64,000 nt of DNA from Candidatus Bathyarchaeota archaeon. Its GTDB lineage: Archaea; Thermoproteota; Bathyarchaeia; TCS64. The position numbers were made by a program, and so were the translations under genes. The DNA lies in contig JAGTRB010000001.1 in assembly GCA_018396865.1 (NCBI GenBank), forward strand, positions 133,970 through 197,969, read 5' to 3'. Below are positions 1 through 8,414 of this stretch, piece by piece (within the stretch, counting starts at the first letter, position 1; each line of letters starts with the position of its first letter). Below the pieces are notes generated by a model. That model made no database searches. It saw only the letters and a list, made by a program, of their open reading frames with translations, and was not told the origin of the DNA.

Positions 1-370
1 CTCGAAGATCCTCAAAAGGCAGAATCCTAATGGCCACTGGGAATCGGAAGTCCGGCCCTATCATCCAAAGTATAAGAGCACATAACTGGCAGATAATGAT
101 CCTCAGCCAGCTTGGCTTAGATGGTGAGGATGATAGGGTTAAAAAGGGCATGCGAATGGATCTATCGCTTCTAGCATGAGGAAGGCGGATTCAACACCCG
201 CGGTAGGGAGGTGGCGGAGGAGGAGTATGAGCTGGAGAGGGGGCGGACCATAAGGAAGGGCAGAGAGCCCTCCATAGTTTGAGCCAGTTTATCGATCATT
301 CCTCAGTTGACTCTGAGTAATCTTGAAGCTACTAGAGTTGTTATAATTAAAAAAATTTATAAGGAATTCT

Positions 371-1219
371 TTGAATGACTATCTAGTCATGATTGAGTGG
401 CCTAATGGTTCTAGATGTGCTGTTTGCTTCACCTTTGATGTAGACGCCGAAATCTCATGGAGAGGGGTCTTAAGAAGAAATAACATCTATAGAGATGACC
501 CAGTGGTTCTCTCCCTCGGAACATACTGCATAAAGAGAGGCCTCCCAAGAATTTTAGATATTTTGAGAAAAAATGATATTAAAGCTACCTTTTTCGTTCC
601 AGGTAGAATTGCAGAAATTCATCGAGAACAAGTTAAATCTATCATAGAAGATGGACATGAAATAGCTCATCACGGATATAATCATATTGTTCCTACCAGG
701 CTAAGTCCAGTTGAGGAAGAAGAAGATTTTAGAAAGGGATTCGAATTACTAAGAGACCTGTGTGGAGTAACCCCGTCAGGTTACAGATCTCCCGGTGAAG
801 GTTTAAGCGATCATACCTTAAAAATAATCACTAAATATGGGTTACTATACGAAAGTAGTATGATGGATGATGATGTTCCATACGTCGTAGATATTGATGG
901 TAAAAAACTTGTTGAACTTCCATGGAGATGGATACTTGACGATTGGGTTTATTTCGGATTCAACTATTTCCCACCATTAGAATACAGGAAGGCCCATCCT
1001 GAAAGCCCTAGAAAGGTGCTTGAAATATGGAAAGATGAATTTGACGCCATATATGATGAAAATTTATATTTCATGATAATAATGCATCCCCAGATAATGG
1101 GCCAGCCTTCTAGAGCAAGAGTCCTTAATGAGCTGATAAATTATATAAAATCTAAAGAGAAAGTTTGGATCACAACTGCAAGAGAGCTAGCATTATACTG
1201 CGCCTCCACTCTCAAATAG
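371..1219 (+). CDS. Polysaccharide deacetylase (CE4/NodB family)
   Basis: TFDVDAE Asp-Asp motif and HHGYNH His motif typical of CE4 deacetylases; AT-rich gene. Confidence 0.6.
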   Translation: MNDYLVMIEWPNGSRCAVCFTFDVDAEISWRGVLRRNNIYRDDPVVLSLGTYCIKRGLPRILDILRKNDIKATFFVPGRIAEIHREQVKSIIEDGHEIAHHGYNHIVPTRLSPVEEEEDFRKGFELLRDLCGVTPSGYRSPGEGLSDHTLKIITKYGLLYESSMMDDDVPYVVDIDGKKLVELPWRWILDDWVYFGFNYFPPLEYRKAHPESPRKVLEIWKDEFDAIYDENLYFMIIMHPQIMGQPSRARVLNELINYIKSKEKVWITTARELALYCASTLK

Positions 1220-1451
1220 AAGGAGCTTAAATCCAATTGCGCCATGCCCACTACTTCCTTTTTACTGGTTGCCGCAGCATTGTCTTCATTTTTCTCCAGG
1301 CACTCTCCTTGATGAGAAAGATAGAAAACCTAATCTCCGATTCATCCCGGAAGAACACTGTGGATCTTCTCTCTCCCGTAACCTTCTAACAGCTCTGCTC
1401 TTCTCCTCAAAGCTTAAGTTTTGTTAATAATATTGCTGAAGATGAATAGTC

Positions 1452-1838
1452 TTGGGCGTATTCAGCGTTAAGGCAGTTATATGGAACCCACTGAACCCAT
1501 CAAGGAAGTCTGAATTAGAGCTACTGGTCGATACGGGATCAACATACACCGTGCTTCCGACAGGGCTGCTGAGGAGGCTGGGGGTTGACAGCATGAGGGT
1601 TGTCAGGCTTAGATTAGCTGACGGCAGGGTCACTGAGAGGCCCCTGGGAGAGGTCGGAATAGAGATAGAGGGTATAAAAGCTACTGCTACACCCGCCGTC
1701 TTCGGAGAGGGGGACACCTCCCTACTGGGGTCTGTCACCATGGAACAACTAGGCCTAGCCCCAGATCCGATCGAGAAACGCTTAAAGACGGTTGAAGCAT
1801 TACTCATGACGGTAAGGACCAAAGAACAGCTTTTGTGA
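1452..1838 (+). CDS. Retropepsin-like aspartic protease (clan AA), TTG start
   Basis: LLVDTGSTYTVLP motif (DTG active site), ~128 aa, size/fold typical of single-domain retropepsin-like proteins. Confidence 0.6.
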   Translation: MGVFSVKAVIWNPLNPSRKSELELLVDTGSTYTVLPTGLLRRLGVDSMRVVRLRLADGRVTERPLGEVGIEIEGIKATATPAVFGEGDTSLLGSVTMEQLGLAPDPIEKRLKTVEALLMTVRTKEQLL

Positions 1839-2195
1839 AACGTACACTATAGATACCGGTTTAATTTTAGATAGATATCTAAATGAGGCGGCGGAGGCCG
1901 TTTCACAAAAGCGCACGCCGATTAACGAGTTTATTAAGGATTTCGCCATCTTTTTTATGGTTGTTTCATACTTTTTGGTTTAGCGGGTAAACGGTAAAGG
2001 CTAAGGTTGATGTAAGGGAAGATGTTTATAAGGTTTAACAGAAAAACATCAATAAGTCTTATGGTTTAGACAACCATTGAGATAGACGATGATCTCTGGA
2101 GGCGCTTCAGCATCCTCGTCCTCCGTGAAAGGGGTGAGCGGAAGAAGAACGAAGTAATAAGTGAGCTGATCAAAGATTATGTTGAGCGCAGCGGC

Positions 2196-2477
2196 TTGAC
2201 GGAGGGTCCTCAGCAACTAAAATACATCCTACAAGTCGAGGAGGAGAGGGAGAAGTTCCTCAAGATCCGAAACAAACTGGTTCAAGAGCCTAGCTATAGA
2301 GGAAAATACGTTGCAATCTTTCAGGGCAAAATTGTAGGATGCGACGACCACAAGGGGAAGCTCGCTAAAGCCGTTTACGAGAGGTATGGCTACGTTCCAA
2401 TATATATCGATATGGTGGCTATCGGTGAAAGACGTGTAGAAGTTCCCTCGCCTGAGTTGACCCGCCATGAAGTATAG
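2196..2477 (+). CDS. Small conserved archaeal protein (DUF5678-like), overlaps start of downstream retropepsin-like gene
   Basis: 93 aa ORF, motif KYVAIFQGKIVG; 11-nt overlap with 2467 ORF suggests operon. Confidence 0.4.
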   Translation: MTEGPQQLKYILQVEEEREKFLKIRNKLVQEPSYRGKYVAIFQGKIVGCDDHKGKLAKAVYERYGYVPIYIDMVAIGERRVEVPSPELTRHEV

Positions 2478-2839
2478 CCTTGACTACAACCCTCCAGCCC
2501 CTTCTTTAAAGGTTAGAATCAGCAGTCCAACATCAACTCATTCGATAGAGATTGAGGCAAAAATAGACACAGGCGCAGATATACCGGTGCTCCCACAACA
2601 CTTGAATAAACGAGCTTAGACTCATTCCCGCAAGTCGCGTATCCGTCTCATCCTTTAACGGGCGAGAAGAACCCAAATACACATACTTTGTAAATCTACA
2701 CTTTAACAACTTCAAATTCCCAATGGTTGAAGCCATTGGTGCCAAACGCCATAATGCCCTTCTCGGTCGAGACGTCCTCAACATGCTTAAGACCACGCTT
2801 GACGGCAAAACTCTGAGCTTCGAACTCTCTGACCCTTAA
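2467..2839 (+). pseudogene. Retropepsin-like aspartic protease, disrupted by a +1 frameshift near 2606-2619
   Basis: N-part (frame 1) has IDTGADIPVLP and stops at TAG 2617-2619. C-part (frame 2) continues LRLIPASR...ALLGRDVLNMLK...SFELSDP to TAA 2837-2839; parts align with intact paralog at 1452. Confidence 0.5.
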
Positions 2840-4005
2840 ACCGCGCAAACATCGCAAAAGCCGCAAAGCTAAAGACACCAGCCAAATTCACCATCGAAGC
2901 CTTTCAGGCAATATTCACCGCTTTAAGGGTTGACCCTTTCAGGATCCCCAAGTGAAAGAAATCAGCTACGAGCTGAGAAAGACGATCCTAGACTACGTTA
3001 TAGTAGCCACAGCCCCTGCGCTGAAAAACAAGACGTTTACGCACGCGATAAATCATTTGCCATATTGGGAGAGAGAAGAGAGTCTTTAAGCCAGAAGATT
3101 CTCCTTAGGAATACATGATCTTCTTAGAAAGCTCACTTAGATAATTTTTAATTAGGTGAAATTTAGAGCCTTGTCAGCTGCTCGATGATGCTGACCCCCT
3201 TCCTATCGACGACCATCCTCTGCGAGGCTAGTAGGACAGCGGCGAAGAGGAAGCTGATGGTTATCCCTAGGAAGGGCTTCCTGCCCTCGAGGTAGTCCCT
3301 AGCCTCTACAAACCTCTCTTGCATCCCAGAGAGATAGGGGTCAAGATGCCTCCTGAAAGGAGCCATACAACAGGTTTTAATATCCGGATAGAGTTAAAAA
3401 TATCGATTCAGAACCCCCTCCTTCCAGGACCAGGGATGGAACCGCAGCAAGCCTTAACCCTCTCCTGAGATATAAGCAGCTATTTTCACATTAGGTGGAG
3501 ATGTAGCTCCTCAACGGGTCCCAGCTGTTGGGAGGTTGAAAAGGGTTTGATTCTCAGCCTGTTTCTTGAAATAAGCTTGTTTTCTTAGGCTGATCAGTCC
3601 TCCCAACCGCTGGGTATTACAGAAAATTTTCTTCCCGATAGAGTTTGGGGTTGAATCTGAGGATTCTGAGGTATCAGATAGGGGTGGGGAGGGGGTTGGA
3701 CTAGGGTTCCATGTGGATATTCGGGCCCCTCATCATATCTATTCTGAGGAGGGCGTCTAAGCCAGGTCCGTAGATGACGTAGACGAAAGTATCAGATATC
3801 AAACATATGATGGCATATAGCATCTAAACCTCTATGGTGGAACATATACAGCTTTCCCTCTCCTCTATCCTCCACCCCTTCTTGCCCTTAGGGCTTGTAG
3901 AACTTAATGCTTAGGGATAACCTAGTGTTGCTGAAGTAGACATCGAAGAGCCTCCTCAGCTGGAGGACCGGAGCCACAATCTAGTTTTTATTTCACTGGT
4001 GGGTC

Positions 4006-4422
4006 CTATGCCCTTCTTCTTTTGATGATGAAGACCGTGAGTGCCATGACTGCAATAGATAATCCTATCCAAGGGGTCAGTAGTTCCTCTATTCCCATCG
4101 AGATCAAGGCGCCTCCGACCGGAGGAGAAGGTGGAAGTTGTGGAGGAGAAGGTGCAGGCTGAAAAGCTAGCCCACCTATTGGACCAAGAGCACTCGGAAT
4201 TAAAGTCGTTAAAACATTACCATTCAAATCCAACTTGTACAAACTACCATACGTAGAAGAAGACTGATAAGCCCAAAGATAACCTTCTTCTGCTCCAACC
4301 AGCATTGGAGATTTTGTCGTAGCAACTATCATTGCTATCAACACGACTGAGAAGAGGAAGCTCCCATTTGACAACCTTGTTTTTATATTCTGAAGCACCT
4401 CCTCATCTTTCCTCAACTTCAT
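4006..4422 (-). CDS. Small secreted/anchored protein: N-terminal signal anchor, Pro-rich linker, C-terminal TM plus RRRA tail
   Basis: N-term hydrophobic FLFSVVLIAMIVATT; linker PAPSPPQLPPSPP; C-term IGLSIAVMALTVFIIKRRRA resembles tripartite C-terminal sorting signal. Confidence 0.5.
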   Translation of the reverse strand: MKLRKDEEVLQNIKTRLSNGSFLFSVVLIAMIVATTKSPMLVGAEEGYLWAYQSSSTYGSLYKLDLNGNVLTTLIPSALGPIGGLAFQPAPSPPQLPPSPPVGGALISMGIEELLTPWIGLSIAVMALTVFIIKRRRA

Positions 4423-4703
4423 GAAAATCTCATTTTTGAATTTATTATTAATTATTTAAATATTTGCATTATGGGTGGTGATGTCAAGTTAAGGTCTTTC
4501 TTCTAGTAGAGGCTAAGCATCCCTAGCGGCTCGGGCTTCGGGGAAGAGCTGCATGCTGGTTGTACGGGGAAGGTGTCTCCTGACCCGGTTGCGGTAGATC
4601 TGCCAAGCCTTTAGCAAGAGTCTGGCTCCCTTGAGGATGCGGCCTACTTTTTGAAGCTGAACGCCAAATCCTAAAAATTTCAGGAGAAGAGGAGGCCCCT
4701 AAA

Positions 4704-5798
4704 TTGAGGTTTCTGCATTTACCGGACTTCGACCTGGTTATAGAGCTCCAGCTCAAGGAGTGGGAGGAGCTGGCCCCGAGGCCCAACGCAGACCTGCTGC
4801 CCCCCGACCCATCCCTAGAGGGAACTGGAAGAAGCTACGTCGCCCGCCTGGATGAAGCTTATCCTATTTCTCGTGAAGTGGGATGGAGAGCCAGAGCCAG
4901 GGAGGAAGAGAAGAAGGATCTCGAAGCCAAACTCGTCGAGTACCTCTGGTGGATGAGGAGGCAGGGATACGCCGATGAGACGATCAGGGGTTACGTGCTG
5001 GCCCTTAAGGTCCTAGCCGCAAGGGGTGCAGACCTCAACTCCCCAGAGTCGGTGAAGGAGGTTATAGCTAGACAAAAATGGTCCGGGAACAGGAGGAGGA
5101 ACGTGATAAACGCCTATTCGCTATTCTTGAGGATGGTTGGAGGCCGCTGGGAGAAGCCAAAGTGCGAGGTTGAGCAGAAGATCCCCTTCATACCAACCGA
5201 ACAGGAGATAGACGCCCTCATAGCAGGATCGAACAGGAGGCTCTCAACGTTTCTACAGCTACTTAAGGAGACGGCGATGAGGGCCGGTGAGGCCATTAGG
5301 CTGGAGTGGACGGATATAGATTTCGAGAGGCGCCTCATAACCCTGAATAAACCAGAGAAAAGAAGCAGCCCAAGGGTCTGGAGGGTGAGCAACGAGCTCC
5401 TGGCGAGGCTAATGACCCTTCCAAGAGAGGGGAAGAGGATCTTCCCAACATATAACAACATGAAGGGAGTATTCCTAAAAACAAGGAAGAGGTTAGCAAA
5501 CAAACTCCAGAATCCAAGAATAGAAAGAATAACCTTCCATACATTTAGACACTGGAAAGCCACAATGCTATACCACCAAACAAGAGACCCATACTACGTA
5601 AAACAGTTCTTGGGACATAAAGCCCTAAACAACACAGAGATCTACATAACAATAGAGAAAACAATATTCGGAGAGTACAACGACGAGTTTATAGTAAAGG
5701 TAGCGAGCAGGCCCGAGGAGATAAAAACCCTCCTAGAGACGGGATTCGAGTACATATGCGAGAAGGACGGCCTGATGTTCTTCAGGAAGCGCGCATAA
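4704..5798 (+). mobile_element. int: Tyrosine recombinase / phage-type integrase
   Basis: SAM-like N-domain; catalytic signature R...HTFRHWKAT...LGHKAL...TEIYI (R, H-x-x-R, H, Y); 56 nt upstream of tRNA. Confidence 0.85.
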
Positions 5799-5823
5799 AA
5801 GCTCAACAGCCAACCCCTAAACC

Positions 5824-5832
5824 TTAAAAAGT
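5824..5832 (+). promoter_or_regulatory. Putative TATA-like box for tRNA (CTTAAAAAG) ~26 nt upstream of tRNA 5-prime end
   Basis: A/T-rich box at appropriate archaeal promoter spacing; a second A/T box TTATAAAAAA lies at 5841-5850. Confidence 0.3.
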
Positions 5833-5853
5833 TACCGGGGTTATAAAAAATAG

Positions 5854-5960
5854 GCCGGGGTTGCATAGCCTGGCTAATGCGCTGGACTCATGATCCAGAG
5901 GGCTGTGGCACCAGCGCCCAGGCCGGATAGAGATCATGGGTTCAAATCCCATCCCCGGCA
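5854..5960 (+). tRNA. tRNA-Met (anticodon CAT at 5889-5891; elongator-type G1:C72, could be Ile2-CAU) with ~32-nt intron at a non-canonical position (between anticodon stem and T-stem, 5899-5935)
   Basis: Acceptor GCCGGGG/CCCCGGC, D-stem GCAT/ATGC, anticodon stem CTGGA/TCCAG with loop CTCATGA, T-arm ATGGG-TTCAAAT-CCCAT, discriminator A, then T-run CTTTTT; 37 nt where 4-5 nt variable loop expected. Confidence 0.75.
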
Positions 5961-5966
5961 CTTTTT
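5961..5966 (+). terminator. T-rich archaeal termination signal after tRNA
   Basis: CTTTTT immediately after discriminator base. Confidence 0.4.
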
Positions 5967-5967
5967 A

Positions 5968-6738
5968 ATGAATCCTCCTCACTTTTTCTGGGGTTTACTT
6001 CCTCTTCCTGAAGATCTTCGCGCCCTCCATCTAGCAGACATATTCGAACCCGGATTCCACGAGTTCGCAGGCCTCTTGGTTTTTGCGACCATAGCCACAA
6101 TAGTCGCGGATGATGATGCATTACTAGTTCTGGAGGCGCTTGTCAACAATTACTATATCCCAAGGGAGTATATTCTGCTGCACATTTCAGATGAGGAGTC
6201 TTCAGGTGTTCATAACGCCACATTGGCTGGGATAATTGAGAGCATAAACTGGGTGAATGAAACTTCAACTGGAGATGATGATGTTATAATTTATTTCTCG
6301 GGTCACGGTACGGGGAGGGGTAAGAGGGCTGGGATGGTCGCGCAGGATGGAGGGGTCCTGTGGGATCATCAGCTTGCAGCCAATCTCACCGAGATACTGG
6401 GCCATGCTAGGAGGGTTGCGGTGATATTCGACAGCTGCTTCTCAGGAGGCTTCCTAGACGACCTGGAACCCATACCCAACCTGTTAGCCATAATGGCCGG
6501 TAGAGCCATCTCATTCGAGGCCGCCTATGGGCATGGGGTCTTCACATACTGGCTCGTATGTCAGGGAATCATCAATGGCTATGCTGATGATCCAGAGCTC
6601 AACCCACACGCAAAAAAGGATGGCGTGATACCCCTTGAGGAGGCTTATGACTACACATACCATAATTTACTAGGGCAGAGCAAGCCCAAGATACTGGATA
6701 ATTACGAAGGGGACTTCCTTCCCTTGAAAGATAATTGA
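5968..6738 (+). CDS. Clan CD cysteine peptidase, caspase/metacaspase(C14)- or legumain(C13)-like; N-terminal hydrophobic anchor
   Basis: His-Gly dyad in VIIYFSGHGTG and catalytic Cys in VAVIFDSCFSGGF (DxCxSG) with correct spacing; ATG at 5968 in frame. The listed ORF start 5890 is not real: it lies inside the tRNA. Confidence 0.6.
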   Translation: MNPPHFFWGLLPLPEDLRALHLADIFEPGFHEFAGLLVFATIATIVADDDALLVLEALVNNYYIPREYILLHISDEESSGVHNATLAGIIESINWVNETSTGDDDVIIYFSGHGTGRGKRAGMVAQDGGVLWDHQLAANLTEILGHARRVAVIFDSCFSGGFLDDLEPIPNLLAIMAGRAISFEAAYGHGVFTYWLVCQGIINGYADDPELNPHAKKDGVIPLEEAYDYTYHNLLGQSKPKILDNYEGDFLPLKDN

Positions 6739-7045
6739 TTAGGCTAGAGATTATGTACTGCCCTTTTCTCCTTTATTTTTAATTTAATTCTTCTATGGGT
6801 AAAGTCACTCCGGTATTTAGGATTGCTATCGGCCTGTCATCTATCGGTCTAAATGCTTAGAGCCTTTAAAATTGATGATGCTGGGGCCAGAGTGCTAGTC
6901 AGATTAGTTTTTTACCGTGGAGTAGGATGTTGAAAGAGACCGTGAACTTCTATGGGGCTTATCTCCCTAAAAGTTTCTAATGATCTATAAATTCTGATAA
7001 TCATAATTAAGTGAGAGAGGTCTAATTCCATTAATTCTATTAGGA

Positions 7046-8242
7046 TTATAGGTTTGTTAGCTTGGGTTCGCTGAGGGCTACAGGCCTTCCTCTTTCGTAG
7101 TATACCCTTGGTGTTAGGGGGTTTAGCCCCACGCATAGGGTGTAGGTCATTACTCCTGCTTGTCTGGCTAGGTTGCTGATGGTGTTCTCCCCCTCCCTAC
7201 CTATGAGTTCGACTGTATCTCCCTCCTTGGCCTCGACCCCCTCGAGGTCGATTATGTGGTGGTTGACGGAGACGGATCCAAGCACCCTGCACATCTTGCC
7301 CCCGACCCTGACTAGCCCCTTGCTTGAGAGGCCTCTAGGATATCCATCGGAGTATCCTGCATGGATGGTTCCCACCTTCATCCTCTCCGGGGCGATGAAC
7401 CTCCGATTGTAGGTTAGGGGGTCTCCCGCCTCTATCCACTTCACAAGCTCGATCCTGGCCTTGAAGGATAATGCCTGCCTCAGGTCTAGGCCCGCCTCCC
7501 TGTCCTCCTCCTCCGGGTATACCCCGTAGATTGTCAGTCCCGGCCTTACGGCGTCGAGATATGACTCGGGCATGTGGAGGATGGCGTTGCTGCTCGCTAT
7601 GCTCCTCGTGCCTGGGTCTATCCCCCTCCTCCTCAGCTCCCCCTCCACGGCCAGCATCCTCTCAAGCTGGATCCTGTCGTAGGCCCTATCCTCCGTGAAG
7701 GTGGAGAAGATCCCCTCAAGCCTTAGGCCTGGAAGGGAGGAGATATATTCTATGAAGTCGGCGGCCTCCCCATACCTCACTCCAACCCTTCCAAGCCCCG
7801 TATCCACCTTTACGAAGACACCCGCCTCCAAACCTAGGCGGAGTGCCGTCTTGCTTAGCCTATCCGCCACCTCCCTTGTGAAGACCGCTTGGGTGACCCC
7901 TTCCTCGATCACATAATCATACTGCTCATTGGAGAAGATGGGGTCTATGTTGATGATCCCGCAGTCGAGGCCCGCCCCCCTCAGCTGCTTGGCCTCCCAG
8001 AGCTTCGCGACTAGAACCCTCCTTACCCCCCTCCTCATAAGGTGGGCCACTATTGGAACTAGGCCGTGGCCGTAGGCGTTGGCCTTCACGCACGGGATGA
8101 CCTCCACCCCCACCCGCCTCCTGATCTCCTCGAGGTTATGGGTCACGCAGTCGAGGTCTACCTCAAGCCATGTAGGGTATCCCTCCAATCTCTCCTCTAT
8201 CTCTTTGAGGGTGGGCTGAGCTCTGAAGAATGGCTCCGCCAT
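7046..8242 (-). CDS. alr: Alanine racemase (PLP-dependent, fold type III)
   Basis: VKANAYGHG PLP-lysine motif near N-terminus, ~398 aa. Confidence 0.8.
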   Translation of the reverse strand: MAEPFFRAQPTLKEIEERLEGYPTWLEVDLDCVTHNLEEIRRRVGVEVIPCVKANAYGHGLVPIVAHLMRRGVRRVLVAKLWEAKQLRGAGLDCGIINIDPIFSNEQYDYVIEEGVTQAVFTREVADRLSKTALRLGLEAGVFVKVDTGLGRVGVRYGEAADFIEYISSLPGLRLEGIFSTFTEDRAYDRIQLERMLAVEGELRRRGIDPGTRSIASSNAILHMPESYLDAVRPGLTIYGVYPEEEDREAGLDLRQALSFKARIELVKWIEAGDPLTYNRRFIAPERMKVGTIHAGYSDGYPRGLSSKGLVRVGGKMCRVLGSVSVNHHIIDLEGVEAKEGDTVELIGREGENTISNLARQAGVMTYTLCVGLNPLTPRVYYERGRPVALSEPKLTNL

Positions 8243-8414
8243 AGAGCATCAAATAGGAGCTACCTGAGGATGAATAAAAGGGGCTTGCCTCTTCAGAAGG
8301 CTGATCAACGAGGTTCATGGCGGGTCTCCATCTCGGTCGATTTAATCCCAGTCCTCTATATTCGCCCACATGGTAACAGATACAATTAATTAACTCTCTA
8401 AATTGATATAGAAT

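Noticed and set aside
1-370. Possible partial gene at window start
   Set aside because: All three forward frames hit stops within 60 codons and no motif recognised; could be a decayed fragment but not supportable.
4523-4786. 87-aa reverse ORF overlapping integrase start
   Set aside because: Ser/Pro/Arg-rich low-complexity translation, antisense to a confident gene and an intergenic region; no motif.
5890-5967. ORF-track start of the 282-aa ORF at 5890
   Set aside because: First 26 codons lie inside the tRNA gene. The in-frame ATG at 5968 right after the tRNA terminator is the plausible start.
6870-7010. Possible C/D-box sRNA (UGAUGA at 6874-6879, AAUGAUC and CUGA near 6990-7008)
   Set aside because: Boxes are ~130 nt apart and lack the paired C-prime/D-prime arrangement and terminal stem expected for archaeal C/D sRNAs; likely coincidental.
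6912-7136. 74-aa reverse ORF overlapping the 3-prime end of alr
   Set aside because: Different frame from alr on the same strand, no motif; likely chance ORF.
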